A stretch of 61,989 bases of DNA, filler included, from Sphacelaria rigidula (GCA_964200075.2; 7 parts of 7 records of this genome joined end to end with filler, not necessarily neighbours in it), one strand, 5' to 3'; counted from the first letter of the whole stretch, positions 11,508 to 24,655 are shown. Notes: generated from the letters alone by a model not told the origin. A program made the numbers and translations.

Positions 11508-14500
11508 GTGAATTTTGTTTCCGGCGCTATTCTTTGCAGCATGGCGATGATCTATGAACCTTGCTATAATCAGTGAGCAGAAAATCTATTGACGCGAACT
11601 TTTCTGGACTATCGTTTCTTCGTGCCCATGGACCACAATCATCCCGAATACACTCCTGCACTACGTTCATGTATTCGGGCAGGATAACGAGCTGTTCGGG
11701 AAACCGACCTTGTGTACTACTGTTCATTCGTCGCCAGTCCTCTACCCAATACTATCAGGGGATGCACGCGCGCGGCGGGAAATAATGCCACGGTAGGGGT
11801 GCACTTTATAGTCCCAGATATTTGTCATCAAGGGGCCCCTACAACCAAGAGCCCCCCACTTTTGGTCAATGGTCAAACGACTAAGGCAAGCAACAAATGA
11901 GTACGCCCCCCCCCCCCCCCCCCCCCAAACCCCACACTCCCACCTCGGGCCCCCCTCCCCCCGCACTTGTTTTCCCATGTCCCCCCGTTCCTCCCCCTGN
12001 NNNNNNNNNCGCACACCAAGCACCCCCCACTCTCGGACACGCAAGATACCCAACACCCACACCTAAACAAAAAGCCCCCCCCCCCCCCCCCCCCCCAAAA
12101 GTGCACCCCTCCCGTGGCATTGCTCGGGAATGTCTAGTGGCGCCTGGATGTGTCCTCTTCAGAACCACGATAACGTCGATTCACAGTCCGGCGGGTGTCA
12201 TCAATGCTCTTATATACTGTACCATTCCCCAGAAATAGAATGCACCGGTTCTCTTGTTCTCATTCTCGCCCGGGTAATTCCTCATTGCTCACGAACCTCC
12301 AGGAAAGTGTGGCCATGCCTACTTTGTGCCGGGCTTCACCATTTCAGGATACTCCGGAAAGTTGGTAGACGTTGACCTGGGAACCACGGCCATGCAAAGC
12401 GTCCGGCTTCACAGTGTGGTGACAGACTTTGCTGACTTTTACTCAGAGGGAGGCGTAGGTCCCTATGACGCACAGGTGCGCAGCACTCGCGAGTGACCAA
12501 TTTGGTATCAAGTCCTTCGGAACAAGTAGAACCTTGCGTGGTACAGAGCCATGGGAGTGCCAAGAGACATACCTGGTCACTTTGTTGCATCTCCGGCTGA
12601 AGTGAACTCTTCGTAGCACCCAAGACATGAACCTGCAAATAGGTGTATGCACGACTTGTTTGGACCCTGGAGCGAAAAGACCTCAGCGGTATATACACTT
12701 TTCCCGCTGAATGCATCTATTGCGCATTCCGATGGTGGCCAGAGCGCGGAAGGGGTCTTGTTTAACTAAAATGGCCTTTCGACTAGGGGTATGTGCGAAT
12801 GCTGTACCTTGGGCTGTACCCTGCGCACTGCGCACTGCGCTGTGTCAGTATGTGCATGTTTAATTGCGTGTTGTACGCCTGCCTATAGGTTGTTCACCAA
12901 TATATACTTGGAAGGGTTAACGCTGGTACAGAAGACAACAGTGATAGTATTTAGCATTAGTCTGATACCGCGGCAGCAGAATCGTCGGATAAATCCACCG
13001 CAGATATTTTTTGTCTCGTTCCACAGTGTAGATGTCCCATCTGTTCACGCTGCGGTTGATGCCTGCCTGCATCGCAAGTCCTCGTTTTCGGTGGTTTGTG
13101 CAGATGATTTTGTCATCCCAACACAAATGAACACGTTCCACTTGGTGTGTCGTGTGATGCGGAAGGTTGCCATTGAAGACCTGACCGCTGGCGGAGACTC
13201 TTCCCTTGCAGGCTATTGGGGGGGATTCAGTGGAGAGATCGATGGGCACAACCTGGGTTTCCTCAGTCCGCTCTTCAACGGGGAAGACTTCCACGGTAAT
13301 GCAGTCCAGGTGGGATGCTTTTTTTTTTCCAAGAAAGGATGTAGAGTGTATCTAGGTCAAGGCTACTTACGACGCTGCTACATTATTCAACATTTCAAGG
13401 CAAGTGCAATGCCCCCCGCCCGCACACGGCTTTTGCTAGGCCGTCTGTTTCGATGAAAACATGACACTGCCACACCGGGTCAGTGTCTGCGATGGTGCCC
13501 TGGACCTTGATCATGTGTTGATGGGTTGCGCAGGCATTCCTTCCACGTGCACTTGATCGTGAGGTGAACAAATATTTAGAGAGGAGCGATTCAGCCAGTA
13601 CCCAACCTCGAGGGCAGGGCGGATTCGGGCGAAACCTACGTCGCCCCGTGTTGCGTGATAATTGGGTTGTTGGAGTTACATATATATGTATATATATATG
13701 TACACAGGAAGCTTTGACTGTGGAGTGGACATTAAAGATCTGCGGCGATTTTCAGCCAGCGGACAAAAGATCATTGGGTGCGTAAGTTTTGACCATACTG
13801 TCGAGACTACGCCCTATTGAAGGAGGACTTATCACGAGTGTCTGCAGCGAACGAAGGATCGTGATCCACAGCGGCGACAACGGAAAGGCGGCGAAGAAAA
13901 AATGGTCTGTGTCCCATCGATCAGTTCCCAAAGAGAAGCATGCTCCCGTTCCGGGTGTCCTTGTTGTGGTTGCTACTCTTGAGTACCGTTTGGAGGAATT
14001 GTGCTATCTAGTCTTGGCTTCACCCCCGTGTCGTAAACTGAGAATATGGCACCGCTGCTCCCTGATGGTGCTGCTCCAGGTTCAACTGGAGAATTTCGGA
14101 AAAGAAAACATCACCCGCTTCTGTGAGTCGGCCTCTCTCCCGGGCGAGAACTCCACGTGTCTCTTTACCGTCTTAAACCTTGAAGAGGTGAGCGACGGCG
14201 CGACAAATTACATACATTATCCCAATTTCGAGGTTGGAAAAACATCACGGGGGCACGTCAGTCTCTCGCACAAACTCGACAGGGATTTCACCTCCCCTTT
14301 CCCCACGAGACCGTGATATAAGACCATGAGATGCGATCTGCTGTCAAAAAACAGGTTGACGCCGACCTTCGCGGTTTCAGCGGGGGGTTCCTCTACGATG
14401 AAAAGGCATATTTTGTTCCTTCTCGAAATGGCCGCGGACGATATGCCAAGCTGGTTCGGGTGGATGCCGGCAACTTCTCCGCCGGTAGCGTCGAGGTGCA

Positions 14501-16779
14501 CTTGGGGTATGGCTGAGTAGGACAGGGGGAGGAACCCAACACCGGAACCGTGCGCAATTGTGTCGTGTGTACACAATGCTTGACCGCAACCTTGCAGGTC
14601 ACATTTTTCGTCATCGTCAAATACGCTCAGCACCACACCGTGTAGCGTCGTATAAACAATGCGCGATTGCTGCTCATCCGCGGCTTCGACCGTACGCCTA
14701 CTGGCGCACTTCAGATGAACGCTATTCTATTCAGAATCACCCTTACCTAGCCTCCGTGCGCCCGTCGCTCGGTGGATTTCCTCGTCCGATAGCGGCAGGT
14801 AGCACTTCAGTCGTGTCAAGTCAAGGGTGTGCTGCTCGCCTATTGTCGGCAGCCTTTGAGCTCCACGTTTTGTCATACGTCAAGTGCTTTGTTATACCAT
14901 CGACGACCCCGGTCTCTCAGGTGCTAGACCTACTGACGGTAGACTCTGAGGTGGGGGGGTTCTTCGGAGGATTCGCCGCCGACGGGTATGGCTACCTGGT
15001 CCCCTCCAGGGCGTTCAAGGTGCGGAGTACACGCGGTACTGTACGTGATGCAACAAAACAGCCGTGGGCGATAAGAGTTTAGGATTTGGAACCTAACACC
15101 CAGGGATATTTTTTCAAAGTGAGGTGGTATTAAACGCACCTCTGTACGGCGCTGCGGGTATCGTACCGGCATGGTGTCAAAATAGCCGAAGTCTTATCAG
15201 CCGGCGATATTCAAGAGTGGTATCCACCGTAGGGGCGTGATGGTGTGTCATACGTGGCATGTCCGGAGTCTTTAAAATCTTTTGAATGGCTGGTAAGTTA
15301 TCTCAAATCTTGGTTACAAGATCTGTCAGATAGCTCGCGAATTCTGCACAAAGCTTGATGGTGAAAAACAGACAACATACGACTTCTTTGGCAGCTCAAC
15401 AGCTCTCATAAGATTCCACGGCTAGTGGACAAAAGCAGACTTTGAAGTTCTGCACCAGATACCTTTTTCTTGGTCCTTCACGTATGGCATAAATTTTCTG
15501 GAGAGCTAATTCCGTTTGACCCTTAGTAGCTTGCGCTGCATCACGGTCACATCTCGATATTTATCTCATGCAAAAACCAAGCTCTCCATACCGCTGATGC
15601 TGCACGAGGATTGTTCTGCATATGTTCTTCTGCACATGGGGAGTACAGCAGTCCGGCAAATATTTAATTTGTTAGGTCATCTGCGATGTGTGTTCCCCGC
15701 CCCCAGTATGTGCCAGCTCACACACATACCTAGCTAGATAGCCGGGCCTCGGTGGTTTGAACTGCAAGTGTACAGTGGGAACCTGCTGTGGCGGAAGATG
15801 GAGGGTTCGAAGATCGGCAGATGCATATCGATTTGTTTTCTGAGAAGCATCTGGTCAAACTCATGAAGACGTGAGGAGCTCTTGAACCTTATTTGATGAG
15901 AGTCGATGCGGTGCGAAAATGCCGCTCAAACCCGTTACAGTGAAATATAAGGTGTGTTCCGGGTAAAGAGATCGGAAGTTTTCTTCACACTACACGGATT
16001 CGTGCCAAGGAAGGAGAGGGATGAAAAGGATGGCGATAAGGAAAAACTCACCAAGAATATTTTATACGATGATTCAACGCTACCTCACCCTAACCTGCGC
16101 AACCAAGTATGGCCATATACATATTGTTTTCATCATTTTTATTTCTTTGTCGCACTTTGAACCCCTCCCCTTCCTCGGGATAAGTCCGTGGTCTCAAGGA
16201 ATCAACCCATCTCTCCCCCGGTACACGCCTTGCATTTCGGTCTCGCGGATTGGGTCATGATCATCAGCACTCCCGCACCGCGTCAACTCACGTCGAACAA
16301 ACTCGGTCGACTACTTTATTTACCCACGTTCTCACGCTTTCCACGGTGAAAATCAGATATTACGAAGAAAAAACCCAACGCATCGAGAATCGAAGCCTCG
16401 TTCTCTCCGCCCTACTGGCGATAGTTGGACCATTTCACCACTGGGACGCGGAGGCCCTATATATATAATATGTGTGTTCGTGGTCTCAGGGGGGAGTCCC
16501 GCGGGGTACTCTCATTTCTCTTTTATGTCATGCAATATACTGTGCCATGACCATCCAGTCGACTGCAACGCGCCCCGTAAACATGCACATGAACTTCCAA
16601 TTGTTCGATTGCAGGGCCCAGTGGGCGGAATAAACACGAACTTAAGCGCTGACGGCGTAGCGGCTTCGTCTCTCTTGGAAGACAGTGTCGACGTGCGAGC
16701 GGGGGACCGGTTGGAGTCATCGTACTCGGGGAAGTTAGTTCGCGTTAACCTCACCGACTTTTCCGCTGCAGGCGTGGAG
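11237..16779 (+). CDS. Uncharacterised multi-exon protein: Fn3-associated/CHB_HEX_C-like domain + four GFxGGF...YFVP...GKLVRVDL repeats (3'-incomplete)
   Basis: Seven GT-AG exons join in phase with no stops: 11237-11507, 12303-12475, 13166-13309, 14080-14187, 14355-14495, 14921-15019, 16615-16779. IFYTTDGTEPT motif is in exon 1. Confidence 0.85.
11860..11915 (+). repeat. Dispersed short repeat GGTCAATGGTCAAACGACTAAGGCAAGCAACAAATGAG + poly-C
   Basis: Near-identical copy at ~17770-17825 and a reverse copy at ~16815-16890. Confidence 0.8.
12303..12475 (+). CDS. Exon 2 of repeat protein
   Basis: Acceptor ctccag; GKCGHAYFVPGFTISGYSGKLVDVDL...YDAQ; donor GTGCGC. Confidence 0.85.
13166..13309 (+). 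CDS. Exon 3 of repeat protein
   Basis: VAIEDLTAGGDSSLAGYWGGFSG...FHGNAVQ; AG/GT flanks, phase 0. Confidence 0.82.
14080..14187 (+). CDS. Exon 4 of repeat protein
   Basis: Acceptor ctccag; VQLENFGKENITRFC...VLNLEE; donor GTGAGC. Confidence 0.82.
14355..14495 (+). CDS. Exon 5 of repeat protein
   Basis: VDADLRGFSGGFLYDEKAYFVPSRNGRGRYAKLVRVDAGNFSAGSVE; AG/GT flanks. Confidence 0.87.
14921..15019 (+). CDS. Exon 6 of repeat protein
   Basis: Acceptor ctctcag; VLDLLTVDSEVGGFFGGFAADGYGYLVPSRAFK; donor GTGCGG. Confidence 0.87.
16160..16450 (-). mobile_element. tRNA-derived SINE, family 1
   Basis: Reverse complement matches 54325-54615; tRNA-like head with A/B-box remnants and a shared body. Confidence 0.75.
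16615..16779 (+). CDS. Exon 7 of repeat protein
   Basis: Acceptor ttgcag; GPVGGINT...SYSGKLVRVNLTDFSAAGVE; donor GTGTGC. Confidence 0.85.
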
Positions 16780-17827
16780 GTGTGCTGCTCGGGGTACTTT
16801 GAAAAGGCCACAGGAGGGGGGGGGGCTTCTCATTTGTTGCTTGCCCTTAGTTGTTTGACCATTGATCACGCATCCCTTTCGAGACGGAGCACCGTTCCTA
16901 CTCGTACTCCTAATAGAGACACCTCCAACATTCCGGCGCTCATTACGTTTCTTCCATACGTTGCACAAAAACAAATTACATATCTTATCCCCGTCCTATT
17001 TCGTCATCTTTGGCCACCATCTATCTTCTAGTATAACCATCGTTTTCTCGCCACTGTCTAATGCACCAACGATTCCATGCCACCTTCGTTCATGTCCCGC
17101 GTTTCCCTCTCTAGCACGTCCCGTTCCTCCTTGTATAGTTCAAATGCTGCAACTGTATGACTTCTGCTCTCTACTGCTTTGCCATTCTGTGCATTTACTT
17201 CCTCCACACGACTACTGGTATTAGGCCACAGGAGGGGGCAGAAGGAATTATTGAGAAATGCGTGCAGGACGTTCGTTGCTACTATGACGTACTCGTGTAC
17301 TCGTGTAATCTTGCTGCTGTTTATATTTAGGTTATCGCGTACTTGTATGTTCCCGAGTGCGGGGTGATAGTGTAGTGACTGTACCGCGATGTGTGACGTG
17401 ATTGCATCATTGGAGGGTTTCGAAAACGCGTGTTTGTGTCCTAGCCTAAATTGTGTCGGCGTTTGTACCTCATAAAGCGAAACATTTCCATACACTACTT
17501 TCTCTTTTTTTTCATGAACCGCATGCAAACCTCAAAACGCTGAGGGACGTATGGGAGATGCCACGATAGCGCCCCCCTCCTTCCCCCCCCGATCCGGCGA
17601 GAACCCGGCGTGCTCCGTCCCGGCTTTGTAGGGGCGAACCCNNNNNNNNNNNNNNNNNNNNNNNNNNNNNNNNNNNNNNNNNNNNTTAATTAATTAANNN
17701 NNNNNNNNNNNNNNNNNNNNNNNNNNNNNNNNNNNNNNNNNCCCCCCCCTCCGTCTCGAAAGGGAGGCGTGGTCAATGGTCAAACGACTAAGGCAAGCAA
17801 CAAATGAGTGCGCCCCCCCCCCCCCCC

Positions 17828-18105
17828 ACCCCCTCCTCGGGACGAGTCTGCGGTCTCAAGGAATCAATCCATCTCTCCCCGGTACACGCCTCGCATTTTG
17901 GTCTCGCGGATTGGGTCAGCACTCCCGCACCGCGTCAACTCCCGTCAAACAAACTCAGTCAACTATTTTGTTCACTTCCGTTCTCACGTTTCCCACGGTG
18001 GAATTCAGATACGACGAAGAAAAAACCAAACGCATCGGGAGTCGAACCCTCGTTCTCTCCACCCTAATCGCGACAGTCTGACCATTACAGCACCGGGGCC
18101 CGGCG
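17828..18105 (-). mobile_element. tRNA-derived SINE, family 1
   Basis: B-box GGTTCGACTCC on the minus strand (~18037-18048); body shared with 16160-16450. Confidence 0.78.
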
Positions 18106-18172
18106 GCACAGACGCGAGGTGTTCCGATGGTCATGCACGTTGATCCGTGAAAACGGTTACATGTATACACAC

Positions 18173-18342
18173 CTGTATTCCGTTTTGTGCAGTGATGGAT
18201 CTGCCGTTTATAAACATCAACAGTGACCGCATCAAAACCATCCCCACGGTAGCCACCACACCCACACACAACCCGCCATACACGGCGACCGCCGGGGGCA
18301 GCAGCTCTAGCGGCGCTTCAGTCAGAAATATGCCGCATGGAT
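18173..18342 (-). CDS. Candidate isolated exon with a hydrophobic (TM-like) segment
   Basis: Open frame between cag and GTGTGT: PCGIFLTEAPLELLPPAVAVYGGLCVGVVATVGMVLMRSLLMFINGRSITAQNGIQ. No recognisable homology. Confidence 0.35.
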
Positions 18343-18412
18343 CTGAGTCCTCGGCAACATGCAATCGATGTGGAGGAAGACGTGAACACAAATACAATAT
18401 TTGATTGCTCAA

Positions 18413-18518
18413 CCCTTTGACTGCGCGGGTAGGCGATCAGTTGAATCGGCATCATTGACACCCCGAAAAATATGAAGTATGCTGGTTTCACAAATCACCT
18501 ACCCTCGCGGTCGAAGGG
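18413..18518. mobile_element. piggyBac-like MITE
   Basis: ~25-bp imperfect TIRs CCCTTTGACTGCG... / ...CGCGGTCGAAGGG, flanked by TCAA/TTAA. Confidence 0.75.
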
Positions 18519-18709
18519 TTAACCATTTTGACGGCGAGTATAGGTAATCTGTTGGATCAGCTTCAATTTCACTTGAAAGAGGTATGCATGGCCAGATAGA
18601 CTCGTACCCTCACGGTCAAACGGTCAAAAGCAACACATTGGTCGATTGTTGAAGACACCGAATCTCGACGTTTTGAACCATCCGACCCTTGCGAACGAGA
18701 GGATTCGTG

Positions 18710-18914
18710 CAAGGGTAGGTCGAGCAGAGTATACTCAATTGCGGGGTATTTTGAAAGTCGTGCTTCCAGTACACAAGTTGGGAGTAGGTTTTTTTCGGAT
18801 CGCTTTCCAGTTATATTTTGGGTACACTTCCAACACTCTACCCTAATTCGAGTACCCCAAGTACGTCTTTCAAAATACCCCGCAATTGAGTATACTCTAC
18901 TCGACCTGCCCTTG
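18710..18914. mobile_element. hAT-like MITE
   Basis: ~48-bp TIRs CAAGGGTAGGTCGAGCAGAGTATACTCAATTGCGGGGTATTTTGAAAG; 8-bp TSD GATTCGTG/GATTCATG (1 mismatch). Confidence 0.85.
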
Positions 18915-19014
18915 GATTCATGTTGTGATCTTTCCTTCACACACCTAAAGGTGAGGCTAAAAACCACTACCTAATTATATGTTGCGCCGTCCAATCGAAC
19001 AAGAATGGAACATT

Positions 19015-19507
19015 ACGAGCTACACCGGGTAAACTAGGCACATGGCGTGAGTGAGCTATGAGCATTTGTTCTCGGGGTTAGCTTCCGTGCGTACCTCATC
19101 CTCTCATGTTTTCCCTGGGTGAGCTATGAGAGCTGCGAGAGCTACATATGATTTTCCTGGGTGAGCTGTGAGAGCTACATGAGCTACGCATGTTTGGCCT
19201 AGTTGAGCTACCAACCCCTAGCTCATCAGCTCATATTCGCCCTGGGTGAGCTATGAGAGCTACATGAGATAAGCCCATTTGTCCTGGGTGAGCTGCCAAC
19301 CCGTAGTTCATCAGCTCATATTCGCCCTTGGTGAGCTATGAGAGCTACATGAGCTACGCATGTTTGGCCTAGGTAAGTTACCAGCCCGTAGCCCTTCAGC
19401 GCACGTTTACCTTTGGTGAGCTATTGGAGGTAGCTCGAATGTTCATGTTCAACTACAAGTGAGCTACAGCCCACAGATGAGCTAGCTCATGAGTTGCCCG
19501 ACGTGTG
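19015..19507. repeat. GAGCTA-motif array with 42/43-bp period
   Basis: CTGGGTGAGCT-like unit starts at 19115, 19157, 19199, 19242, 19284, 19327, 19369 and 19412. Ends in CCGACGTGTG. Confidence 0.85.
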
Positions 19508-20177
19508 TAGAGCTCCCATTCGTACAAGTTAAAAGTGAAGAAGTAAGCTAAATCTTACTCTCAGTTGCCCTCCTTCGATGTTGCAAGAGCAGGAAAAAAC
19601 AAAAAAACACGAGAAACGCGACGGCAAGAAAGCGCCATGCAAGAAAAAAAAAACCCGCTGTAGCTGTACCCCCATCCTCACCACGTCACGACAAATTCTC
19701 TCATGTCTGGCGCACTTGCTTAGCGGTATGCGCTGCGATCGGCCTTCATTTCCCGGATCAACCGCTCCGAGCACCCGAAGCGGTCTGCTATCTGTTCATG
19801 AGACAGCTTCGCATCCATCAGCTCAAGGATCTCAACCTTATATTCGAGTCCAGCCGCGTACGAGAATCGTTCTTACTCCTCCGTTTCACTTTCGAGCGTT
19901 TACACTGTCTCATCCCAGCACCCTCAGCTGCTTTCGCTTTGCGCTTGCCAGCCTTGGCGACGCTGCAGATTCGGCGCATCTCGTTGTCGGCAAACACGCT
20001 TCCGCGTTCGCCGTGGAGCCGCCCGCCACGTCCTCCCTTGCAAACGTGGCCACGAGGGGCTTGTGGCGAAGTGTCCTGTATGTGGTACAGTTCACCTTCC
20101 GCACATGGCATGGTGCGCCTTGGCGTAGAGCTGTTCTGCAGCAGCACGTGTCCCCTCTTCTCTGTGTGGCATCTGCC

Positions 20178-20178
<1 letters not shown>

Positions 20179-20226
<48 letters not shown>
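20179..20226. repeat. (TG)n microsatellite
   Basis: Direct inspection. Confidence 0.95.
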
Positions 20227-20227
<1 letters not shown>

Positions 20228-22314
20228 ACGCGCGTGCGTGCATGAACCGGCACTAATGTGCGGTACAGTGGTGCCTGAACCGGTACTATAGTGAGCAAGC
20301 CTCAAAAGTGCCGGTCTGGCACTAACAGGGGCCCTGCCTGTGCCCAGAGATTTGACCGGCACTATACCGGCAACTGGCATTTTACAACCGGCACTAAACA
20401 GGGACCTCTACTGTATTCTTCTTCTTTCATCATCATGATCATAATGATCATCATCAAATGTATCGTTAGCGTAAATGTCTCGCCGCTCGATACCCAAATC
20501 AGTATATTTACGTCCGCTTTTTCGATACTTCATCCAAATACAAAATGATCATTTTCGGAATAATCATTTATGCTAGTGTGATGAAGCTCAGAGGTCTTGC
20601 AAGATATTAGGATGTGCGCGTCTGCTCGTAGAGCCTGGGTTCCGTGAAGCGCTGTATCGCGTTTGTCAATGTCATTGTTTGCGTTGTTCGGTGTGGTTAG
20701 ATGCCACCTCCCAACCTTGGACGCTTGTTGGCTTGCCTTGCTCGCTGGCGTGGTGACTACTGCCACCCTGGCGCATCGCCACGCTCTGCTTTTATGGCTG
20801 CACCCCGGCTATACTGAGCTGGAGAGCTGCTTGTAGGTACAATATGATGCCATCTACATGTGAGTCTCTAATCTCCCAGCAGTATACACAAGAACTTACT
20901 GTGATGTGTGCATGGTGGATGAGCTAGGCCTGTACGATATGCCCACGTTGGGAGCTTGGTTAGCTGGAACCATGGTATCCCCTGGTGCTCATACTGAGAG
21001 ACCCCAGCTAATGCATTGGCTATACTGCACATCATTATAGACGCTCGGACTAATATTTCCGAGTCTACCAGTGCCATTTTTCAATCCACCCTTGCTTTTT
21101 TACACGTGTCTTTTTTTCAAGGTCCGGCATCACTCTTGCGTGCTTGGCGAATACAAAACAGCGCAGGGCAATAGCAGTCATGAATACCCGTTAGGTGGGT
21201 TCAACGGCGATCACAGTTTTGGGGGCGGTTTGGTGGGGACTATCGCGTCATTCCTCTTGCGTGCTTCGCAAAACACAACAGCGCGGGGAAACGGGATATT
21301 ATATCGAGAAATTATGACTGGAAATTGCCGACGAAAGCTGTGCCAATTCAAGTTCAAAATGCGGAACAACATCTCACCCGCAGTTTGAAATGACGCCATG
21401 ACCACACTGTAGTTGTGTAGAGCGACATAGCACATACTATACTCCTGTGTCCGGCTTCCAAACACACACACAAATTTCCAGCCGCACAGAAATGACGGGA
21501 AAGTGGAATGGGATATTGCAACGTTCCGTTCCCGAGGAAAACTTCGCCGTTCATTTCAAAACCTTTTCAGAGCATCATAAATTCAAAATACGGAACAATA
21601 TCTTACCCACAGTTTGGAGTGGTGCCATGCCCGCAACAGGCTGCATACTTACTCTCGACCGCCTTCCATCGATGTTCTGTCAATGCATACGTAGAACCCT
21701 CCAGCGAGGGACTAACACTTTAGTCTCTGTGGACTCGGCGGTGATCCATACACCGTCATCCGTGTTTCTCGCCAATCCGTCGTGAACTACTTTGTCTACC
21801 GTCTGTTCCGTGCGTTTCAGTTCGGCTGGGTGTGGTAACACACCGCCATGCTACAATTACACAGTCTGTCAACCGATGTGCTTCCACACATTACTCTGGA
21901 ATCAGGACAATCGCGGGAAGGTGTCTCTACCAACCAATTGGCTCCACATGCGGGTGATAAGTGACATACGTGCAACACGAAACACGAGCACTCACAGTAC
22001 TCTATTGCCTTGTTCCATACCCTCGCAACACGCTTACGGACGACGCAATGTCCTCCTCGGCAAAATGATGGTGTTGACTAAACACCAAGGTTTAATTTCC
22101 GTTGTTATGTACACGTTCATGCGTCATCTGAGGTTCGCCGCAGAAGGCAAGCGCCGCTTCCCGACTTTTAAATCATAAATCCCATGCCGGCTCTGTTGTG
22201 CATGGTGGGTGGATTCAGGGTGGGTAGATTCAAATAGAGGTGTCCATTGGACCGGCCGGTCTACGCACAAGTGTCCTGTGGAACTGGTTCTACTTCGTCA
22301 GCAGGTTCTCTTAA

Positions 22315-22474
22315 TCCATTGGAGACCGGACTCCCTGAAACGTGGTGTTTGCACGGAGGGGCCTTTTTGTGAATTGGCATCATTTTTACTTGAAAAAGAC
22401 TGAAATTGACCCCGATACACGAAAATGCCCCTGCGTGCAAACACCATGTTTGTGGGCTTCCGGTCCCAAAAGGG
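22315..22474. mobile_element. piggyBac-like MITE
   Basis: TTAA on both sides (22311-22314, 22475-22478). Right end CCGGTCCCAAAAGGG; degenerate left end; extended inverted arms containing GGTGTTTGCACG/CGTGCAAACACC. Confidence 0.7.
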
Positions 22475-23416
22475 TTAATCTGCCTACACCGGCAGACATA
22501 TGCCGGGCGGTCAGCAGTCAGCAGTAGTTCAGACATGTTGAACCAACGACCACCGTCTAGACCCGCCGCATTTTTGAACCTGTGTGCAGATCCGCGCTTC
22601 GATCTGGGCTACAGTACGGTCTTACACCAACTCAAACATAGATTTGACAGATATTCTCGAAATATCGAACCACAACCGCCCATACCGATATTCTTGTCGA
22701 TATTCCGAAAATGACACGATACGTATCGAGTATCGAGTATCGAGTATCGATACGGCCGTTTTGGTATGGCCGCAGTGCACAAGACACAGCAGTACACTGG
22801 CACACTGGCACACTGACACCCTCACTCACTGTTGTAGGTTGCTCAATATACCACATCCCCTAGACAGATTTTCAAAGCTCACTCACTCCTCACCAGAAGC
22901 GATGCTAGGGCTGAACTTGGCGGCGTTGCAACCATCTCTTCGAAAGAAGGTAATCGAGCTTTGAAAATCGCTCCTGAGGGTGTGGTATCTCAAGCAACCT
23001 ACGGTAGTCTCCAGTGGACAGCAGTGCGCACATGATGTACAGCAGCGGGTAGTGTGCAAATTGACATCATAGCAGCGGCGGCATGCGGTGATTCAGCCGT
23101 CTTGCGAATATCTTTCGTCAGGTATGGTATTGGTTAGTATTATAGTGTTTTCATTTCTACCGTCTCTAGTCCGGGTGTTTCGATCGAATGACCGCATACC
23201 TCGACTCTGCACATTCATCAGAAAAGGAAAATTTGTCAAACCTCGAACAAGCACAAACTCAAATGCAAGCTCTTTACCCAACGTTCTTCTCTACCAATAA
23301 CAGGAAACGTCGGCAACATGCGTCAATTTTTAATTTTTGGATGCCAAAAATTATATATTTGTATGTCACCAACCAAGAAGGAAAAACCACTAAGCTTGCA
23401 ACAATTAGAATGTCCG

Positions 23417-23749
23417 CACACGCGGCCATTTGGCTAGCTCCGAAATTCCTCCAGGTGGGTACACTTTTCGAGCCTCCAGAGCAATTAAACGCCTCCGGAG
23501 GGGTGCGCGGCCCTCCAGAGGAAATTCTTTGGTTTCCTTCAAAGGGATTGAAGACCTCCGGAGGCTAATTCTTGCCTCTGGAGGGCTGCGCATGACCCCA
23601 ATTTTCTCCGGAGGGGTGCGCGGCCCTCCGGGTCGGTAGAGTTTGGTTTTCTCCAGAGGGATGGAAGGCCTCCGGAGGCTTGTTTTCCCCCTGGAGGGCC
23701 GCGCATCCCTCCGGAGGCATTTTTGGGTGTAGCCAAATGGCCGCGTCTG
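23417..23749. mobile_element. MITE with CTCCGGAG palindrome array
   Basis: TIRs CACACGCGGCCATTTGGCTA / TAGCCAAATGGCCGCGTCTG. About 11 CTCC(G/A)GAG motifs, mostly ~20 bp apart. Confidence 0.8.
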
Positions 23750-24269
23750 CAGACAAATGGGTGGAGTGGAAAATAAATCTAACACTCGTCGAACATAAAG
23801 GAAAGGCGAAGCGACAGTACCATCTCCTCATACTCCTAAGGACAGCTGTTTCCTACTGTTATCTGCAGCTTTGCATTGACCGTGGCTTCGTATCTACTCC
23901 GCCACGCCACCCGTGTGTTGCCGTTGGTGAACACCCCCGCTGAATCACATCACTAAACCCTTAACCCACGAGGCACCAGCGGTTACTCTGATGCCTCCTA
24001 TCCTACGAACAGGTATTACATCCATTTGTACACCGTGCAACCGCTTTACAGCTATACTCGCAAGTGCAACCTGTGAACACTGCGGAAATTGAGCTGATGT
24101 GACGACAAAAACAAGAATATCTAGCGTATCGATATTCGATATTGATATTCGATATTAATACATGTCACATGTATCGATTTTCTGCGCTCCGATACCGATA
24201 TGGCATCGCCGATATTTATCCAAATCGTATCAATTATCGATATCCGATGTGCAATCCTGCTCCACAGAG

Positions 24270-24400
24270 TATCGGGAAAGCTCACGGAGTCAACCATGTG
24301 TGTTCATGAGTTTCCCGCGGAAACTTATGAGCCGTGCACGAGGCCCGAAAGGCGCGGGAGGACCATTCTGACCAATCACGGTCGTCAAAATGAGCATTTT
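24270..24400. repeat. Dispersed repeat (inverted copy at ~43037-43151)
   Basis: Shared GACCATTCTGACCAATCACGG and TTTCCCGCGGAA blocks. Confidence 0.7.
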
Positions 24401-24655
24401 TGTTCCCGTAGACGTGAACAGCTGGTAGACAGCCTCGCTGTCTACCCTCAGAACTCACTTTGATCATTCCAAATCAACCGTAGATTACATAGCCAAGAAG
24501 TGGGTGTTCGAGCATCTTTGGAACACTGTGTCTGTCTGTTCGTTACTGCCTGAGCGTCCTACTTGCCCCACACCTCCAACTGGCATCAAGCGTCATGACG
24601 TACACGCGAGCACCCGCCACGGGTATCCTACACACGTAGATGTAGACAAGTACTT

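Noticed and set aside
19578-20380. ORFs with CVCVCV/HTHTHT tracts
   Set aside because: Translation of the (TG)n microsatellite.
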